A stretch of DNA of 64,000 bases from Bacillota bacterium. GTDB lineage: Bacteria > Bacillota > JAAYKD01. The notes below the pieces were generated by a model. It had not been told where the DNA came from. It made no database searches and saw nothing but the letters and a program-made list of their open reading frames with translations. Of the stretch, positions 60,760-64,000 are shown in pieces (within the stretch, counting starts at the first letter, position 1; the number at the start of each line of letters is the position of its first letter). The DNA lies in contig OY762825.2 of the NCBI GenBank assembly GCA_963666425.2, positions 2,464,001 through 2,528,000 on the forward strand, read 5' to 3'. Both the position numbers and the translations under genes were made by a program.

Positions 60760-60902
60760 ATAGCTGCGCTCTTTTCCAAGATTGATCGAATCATCTTGTT
60801 GAATTATAGATTCTTCTCTGATAGAAGTCAATTAAAAATAACAGGGGACACAGGCCGGCAAAGCAGGAAATCCATTCGAATTTGCATTGGGGCGCTGCCA
60901 CC

Positions 60903-62363
60903 TTACGGAACTGATTTCTTCATTGTTGATAATAGTCGATCCCAATGGACTTGCAGCTGATCTTCGGTTGCCGTCCAGCTGCCGCTGTTATCAATCACCA
61001 CATCACTCAGGGCTTTCTTCTTTTCCAGTGGCCATTGTGCATCCATGCGGGCGAGTGCTTCTCGTTCGGTTAAGTGATCCCTTTGCCGTAAACGCTGCAG
61101 CTGACTCTGATGATCGAGCCAAATCAACCATATAGTGTCGCAATATCGGGTCAGATTGGCTTCAAATAAGAGGGGAATATCGAGGACCAACGGCAGTTCG
61201 CTTTTACTTTGACGATACTGATTGATTTGCTGCTGCATTTCCGCTTCGATTTTAGGATGCAAAATGGCATTGAGCTGGGCAAGCTTTTTCGGATCCTGGA
61301 AGACAAGTTCAGCCAAACGACGGCGATTTAAAACACCCGGCGCCAAGAGTACGTCTGAACCAAATACCTTGCTAATCTCCGTCACAGCGGCAGATTGATC
61401 CGCCGTAATCCGGTGTGAGATGGCGTCCGTATCGACAATTTTAGCTCCTTTGGCAGCGAGCCACCGGATGACGCTGGATTTGCCGCTGGCAATGCCGCCG
61501 GTTAAACCGATAATCAAACCCAGTGAATCCTGCTTTGCCTGACAGTGCGGGCAGTAGTGGCTGCTGCGGCCGGCGACTTTACAGCGCTCAATCAGGCTGC
61601 CGCAGATTGGACAGGGTTTACCGGTTTGCTGGTAAACCAACCATTGATCCTGAAAACTGCCTTTGGTTCCATTCACATCCAAATAATCCCGCATGCTGCT
61701 GCCTTTGGCTTCTACCGCTTCCTGCAGGACTTCCGTAATTGCTGTCTGTAAGCGTTGGAGCTGACTGGGGTTGAGGGAGCCGGCTGCTTCGAGCGGATGG
61801 ATACCTGCCCGAAAAAGTGCTTCATCGGCATAGATGTTGCCTAAACCGGCAATTTGATGCTGATCCAGCAAGAAGCTTTTAATGGGAGTCCGGCGATTTT
61901 GACAAATTCGGTTCAAATAGGCAAGATTAAAATCAGATTCCAATGGTTCCGGGCCCAGTGCAAGGTATCCCGGATCCTCAGGTTCTGCCGGCCAATATCT
62001 GATTTTGCCAAAACGCCGCACATCAACATAGCGCAGGCAGCTGCCGTCTTCAAAATGCAGAATAACATGGGTATGCGGCAGCAAAGGAGTTGCTGCATTC
62101 CGCTCGGCCGACAACCAGTAGAGTTGTCCGGTCATGCGCAGATGGATCAGCAGGCAACCCTTCGGCTGCAGACAAAGCTGTAGGTATTTACCGCGCCGCT
62201 TCGCAGCGACGATGGAGTGATGCTGCAAACAGCAAGCAAAGGAGGCGGCGTCCAGCGGTGCGATTACCCCTTCATTGCGAACTTCGGTTTGGCAAATTGG
62301 TGCGGATGGTAAATAAGGCAGTAAACTGCGGCGCACATTTTCGACTTCGGGTAATTCTGGCAT
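60903..62363 (-). CDS. mutM-coaE: Fused formamidopyrimidine-DNA glycosylase (MutM/Fpg) and dephospho-CoA kinase (CoaE)
   Basis: 'MPELPEVE', 'RRGKYL', 'HLRMTG', 'GLGNIY', CPIC/CPHC zinc finger, then in-frame 'IIGLTGGIASGKS', 'LDIPLLFE', 'VIDNSG'. Confidence 0.93.
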   Translation of the reverse strand: MPELPEVENVRRSLLPYLPSAPICQTEVRNEGVIAPLDAASFACCLQHHSIVAAKRRGKYLQLCLQPKGCLLIHLRMTGQLYWLSAERNAATPLLPHTHVILHFEDGSCLRYVDVRRFGKIRYWPAEPEDPGYLALGPEPLESDFNLAYLNRICQNRRTPIKSFLLDQHQIAGLGNIYADEALFRAGIHPLEAAGSLNPSQLQRLQTAITEVLQEAVEAKGSSMRDYLDVNGTKGSFQDQWLVYQQTGKPCPICGSLIERCKVAGRSSHYCPHCQAKQDSLGLIIGLTGGIASGKSSVIRWLAAKGAKIVDTDAISHRITADQSAAVTEISKVFGSDVLLAPGVLNRRRLAELVFQDPKKLAQLNAILHPKIEAEMQQQINQYRQSKSELPLVLDIPLLFEANLTRYCDTIWLIWLDHQSQLQRLRQRDHLTEREALARMDAQWPLEKKKALSDVVIDNSGSWTATEDQLQVHWDRLLSTMKKSVP

Positions 62364-62626
62364 TCATCTCATCCTTTGTTACATTTTACTCTCTTTTTAT
62401 TTGCCATTGCAGAGAAGAAATCCTTTCTAATGAGCGGATTATAATGTTTTCTACGGAACGGAGAAATCTGTAGTGTTCAGGGCTTTCATCGCTTTTATTG
62501 TAAAAAATACTGAAGAATGATAGATTGAAATAAAGGAAATCTTCTTACTGTTCGAGAATTCATAAAGCGGTAAAAGAGAATTTGGGTATAAATAAGGAAC
62601 GTGCTTGAGAGCGGGAGGCGATCGTT

Positions 62627-62914
62627 TTGTTTAGTTATAAAAAGAAGAAGAGGGTTATGGTTGCGTACAAAGATAATTGTCCGGCCTGTCATTTATTTTC
62701 CCTGGAACAACGTTCTTGTATGGGACCGCATAGTGATAAAAAAGAATCGGAGTTAAAAATCTGTGACGATTATAAACTTGATTTGGAAACCTTTTCTTCC
62801 TTGATCCCGCGGGACTTAAAAATCACTCGTTGGGCTCGTGTCAAAGGCGGTTATCTGTTTGAAGGTCTGCCGAAAGAAACGCCAACGGAGAATAGCGAGG
62901 AACTCTGTGAATAA
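62627..62914 (+). CDS. Small hypothetical protein (CxxC)
   Basis: TTG after GGGAGG; 'CPAC' plus further Cys residues; overlaps the nfo start. Confidence 0.55.
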   Translation: MFSYKKKKRVMVAYKDNCPACHLFSLEQRSCMGPHSDKKESELKICDDYKLDLETFSSLIPRDLKITRWARVKGGYLFEGLPKETPTENSEELCE

Positions 62915-63752
62915 GATCTATTTAGGCTGTCATCTTTCCATTGCCAAAGGTTTTACAGCGGCAGCGCAGGATGCGATCCAAATCGACGCTACCAGCTTTC
63001 AATTTTTTACGCGTAACCCACGCGGCGGTGCGGCCAAAGAATATTCTGCACAGGATCTGGCAGAATCTGCGGCCTTGCTGCAGGAGCATCGTTTCGGACC
63101 ATTATTAGCCCACGCACCTTACACGATGAATTTATGCTCCGCCAAGGAAGAGGTGCGCAGATTCGCTCTGGATATTCTGAAAGACGATTATCAGCGGGTG
63201 CAGCGTCTCCCTTATGAGGCGCGTTACTTGTTTCATCCGGGCAGTCATATTGGTTTGGGCACAGAGCAGGGAATTCATCATATCGTTAATGCCTTGAATC
63301 TGGTCATCAAAGAAGAGGACGGACCTTGGGTCTTGTTGGAAGGCATGACTGGCAAAGGCTCTGAAATTGGCTCCACTTTTGAAGAACTGAAGCAAATCAT
63401 TGAGGGAGTCACGCACACAAAAAAACTCGGTATTTGTATTGATACCTGTCATCTGCATGCCGCAGGTTATGATATCGTCAACCAACCGCGGCAGGTTTTG
63501 CAGGAATTGGACCGCGTAATTGGGCTGCACAAGGTGATGGGTGTGCATGTCAACGATAATATGAATCAGCTGAACAGTCATAAGGACAGGCATGCGCCGA
63601 TTGGAGAAGGCAATATCGGCACAGAGGCCATTGTCAATTTTATTAACCAACCGGAATTAGCCGGTCTGCCGTTCAACTTGGAAACCCCCAACGAATTGGA
63701 AGGATATGCTGCCGAAATCGCTTTATTGCGTCGCTTGAGCAGCAATCGATAA
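62907..63752 (+). CDS. nfo: Endonuclease IV
   Basis: GTG start at 62907; 'GCHLSI', 'FQFFTRNPRG', 'HAPY', 'FHPGSH', 'DTCH', 'KDRHA', 'LETP'. Confidence 0.95.
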   Translation: MNKIYLGCHLSIAKGFTAAAQDAIQIDATSFQFFTRNPRGGAAKEYSAQDLAESAALLQEHRFGPLLAHAPYTMNLCSAKEEVRRFALDILKDDYQRVQRLPYEARYLFHPGSHIGLGTEQGIHHIVNALNLVIKEEDGPWVLLEGMTGKGSEIGSTFEELKQIIEGVTHTKKLGICIDTCHLHAAGYDIVNQPRQVLQELDRVIGLHKVMGVHVNDNMNQLNSHKDRHAPIGEGNIGTEAIVNFINQPELAGLPFNLETPNELEGYAAEIALLRRLSSNR

Positions 63753-63786
63753 CTCTAAAAAAGCTGCGGTACCTTAAAATGCATTT

Positions 63787-63844
63787 TAAAAAAGCACCCT
63801 TCCTGTTTTCAAAAGGTGAGAACAGGCAGCGGTGCTTTTTAAAA
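63787..63844. terminator. Bidirectional intrinsic terminator
   Basis: aaaaagcacc...cctgttttca / tgagaacagg...ggtgcttttt. Confidence 0.65.
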
Positions 63845-63938
63845 TGTCATGATGGATTTTTTAGATCCCTAGAGTCGCTTAGATTTTGGCTGGCTTGAGC
63901 AGCAGATCGGTGAAGCTTAATATGAAAGGTAACACCGC

Positions 63939-64000
63939 TTAATGCAGTCCGTCTGCCACACCGCAGCGGCGTGGATCGACTGTTGTGCAGAGCGCACCGT
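63939..64000 (-). CDS. 3' end of a gene entering from beyond the window (possibly gamma-glutamyltransferase-like)
   Basis: Minus-strand frame ...GALCTTVDPRRCGVADGLH*, resembling the GGT C-terminal 'DPRR.G.A.G' motif; only 19 codons visible. Confidence 0.3.
   Translation of the reverse strand, partial: GALCTTVDPRRCGVADGLH

Noticed and set aside
1-64000. Prophage, IS or integrative element boundaries
   Set aside because: No integrase, transposase, phage structural gene, tRNA or flanking direct repeats recognised

Overview
Chromosomal window from a Firmicute, probably an anaerobic Clostridia-like organism (sigma-A promoters, T-box leader, AGGAGG ribosome-binding sites). No rRNA, tRNA, CRISPR or clear mobile element was seen. 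Left part: transport and metabolic genes, a niaR-nadA-nadC operon lacking nadB, a chromate-transporter pair with a divergent LysR gene that appears to start at CTG, mscL, and an uncharacterised 4-gene membrane/beta-propeller operon. Centre (~18.4-42.7 kb), the most notable region: two duplicated promoter + c-di-GMP-I riboswitch + terminator units precede an operon encoding a TasA/CalY-like SipW-dependent subunit, a membrane protein with a Pro-Thr-Asn stalk ending in a subunit-like domain, SipW, a minor subunit, an HD-GYP protein and a 5227-aa anchorless protein of about 55 Ig-like repeats. A second SipW and a convergent PAS-GGDEF-HD-GYP gene follow. I infer a c-di-GMP-controlled, sortase-independent pilus with a giant tip adhesin. 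Right part: asnS with an Asn T-box, a non-coding array of nine ~135-bp repeats, several peptidases/hydrolases, cupin PGI plus PMM, htrA, a polysaccharide deacetylase, an in-frame mutM-coaE fusion and nfo. All calls come from motif recognition by eye; no database searches were run.
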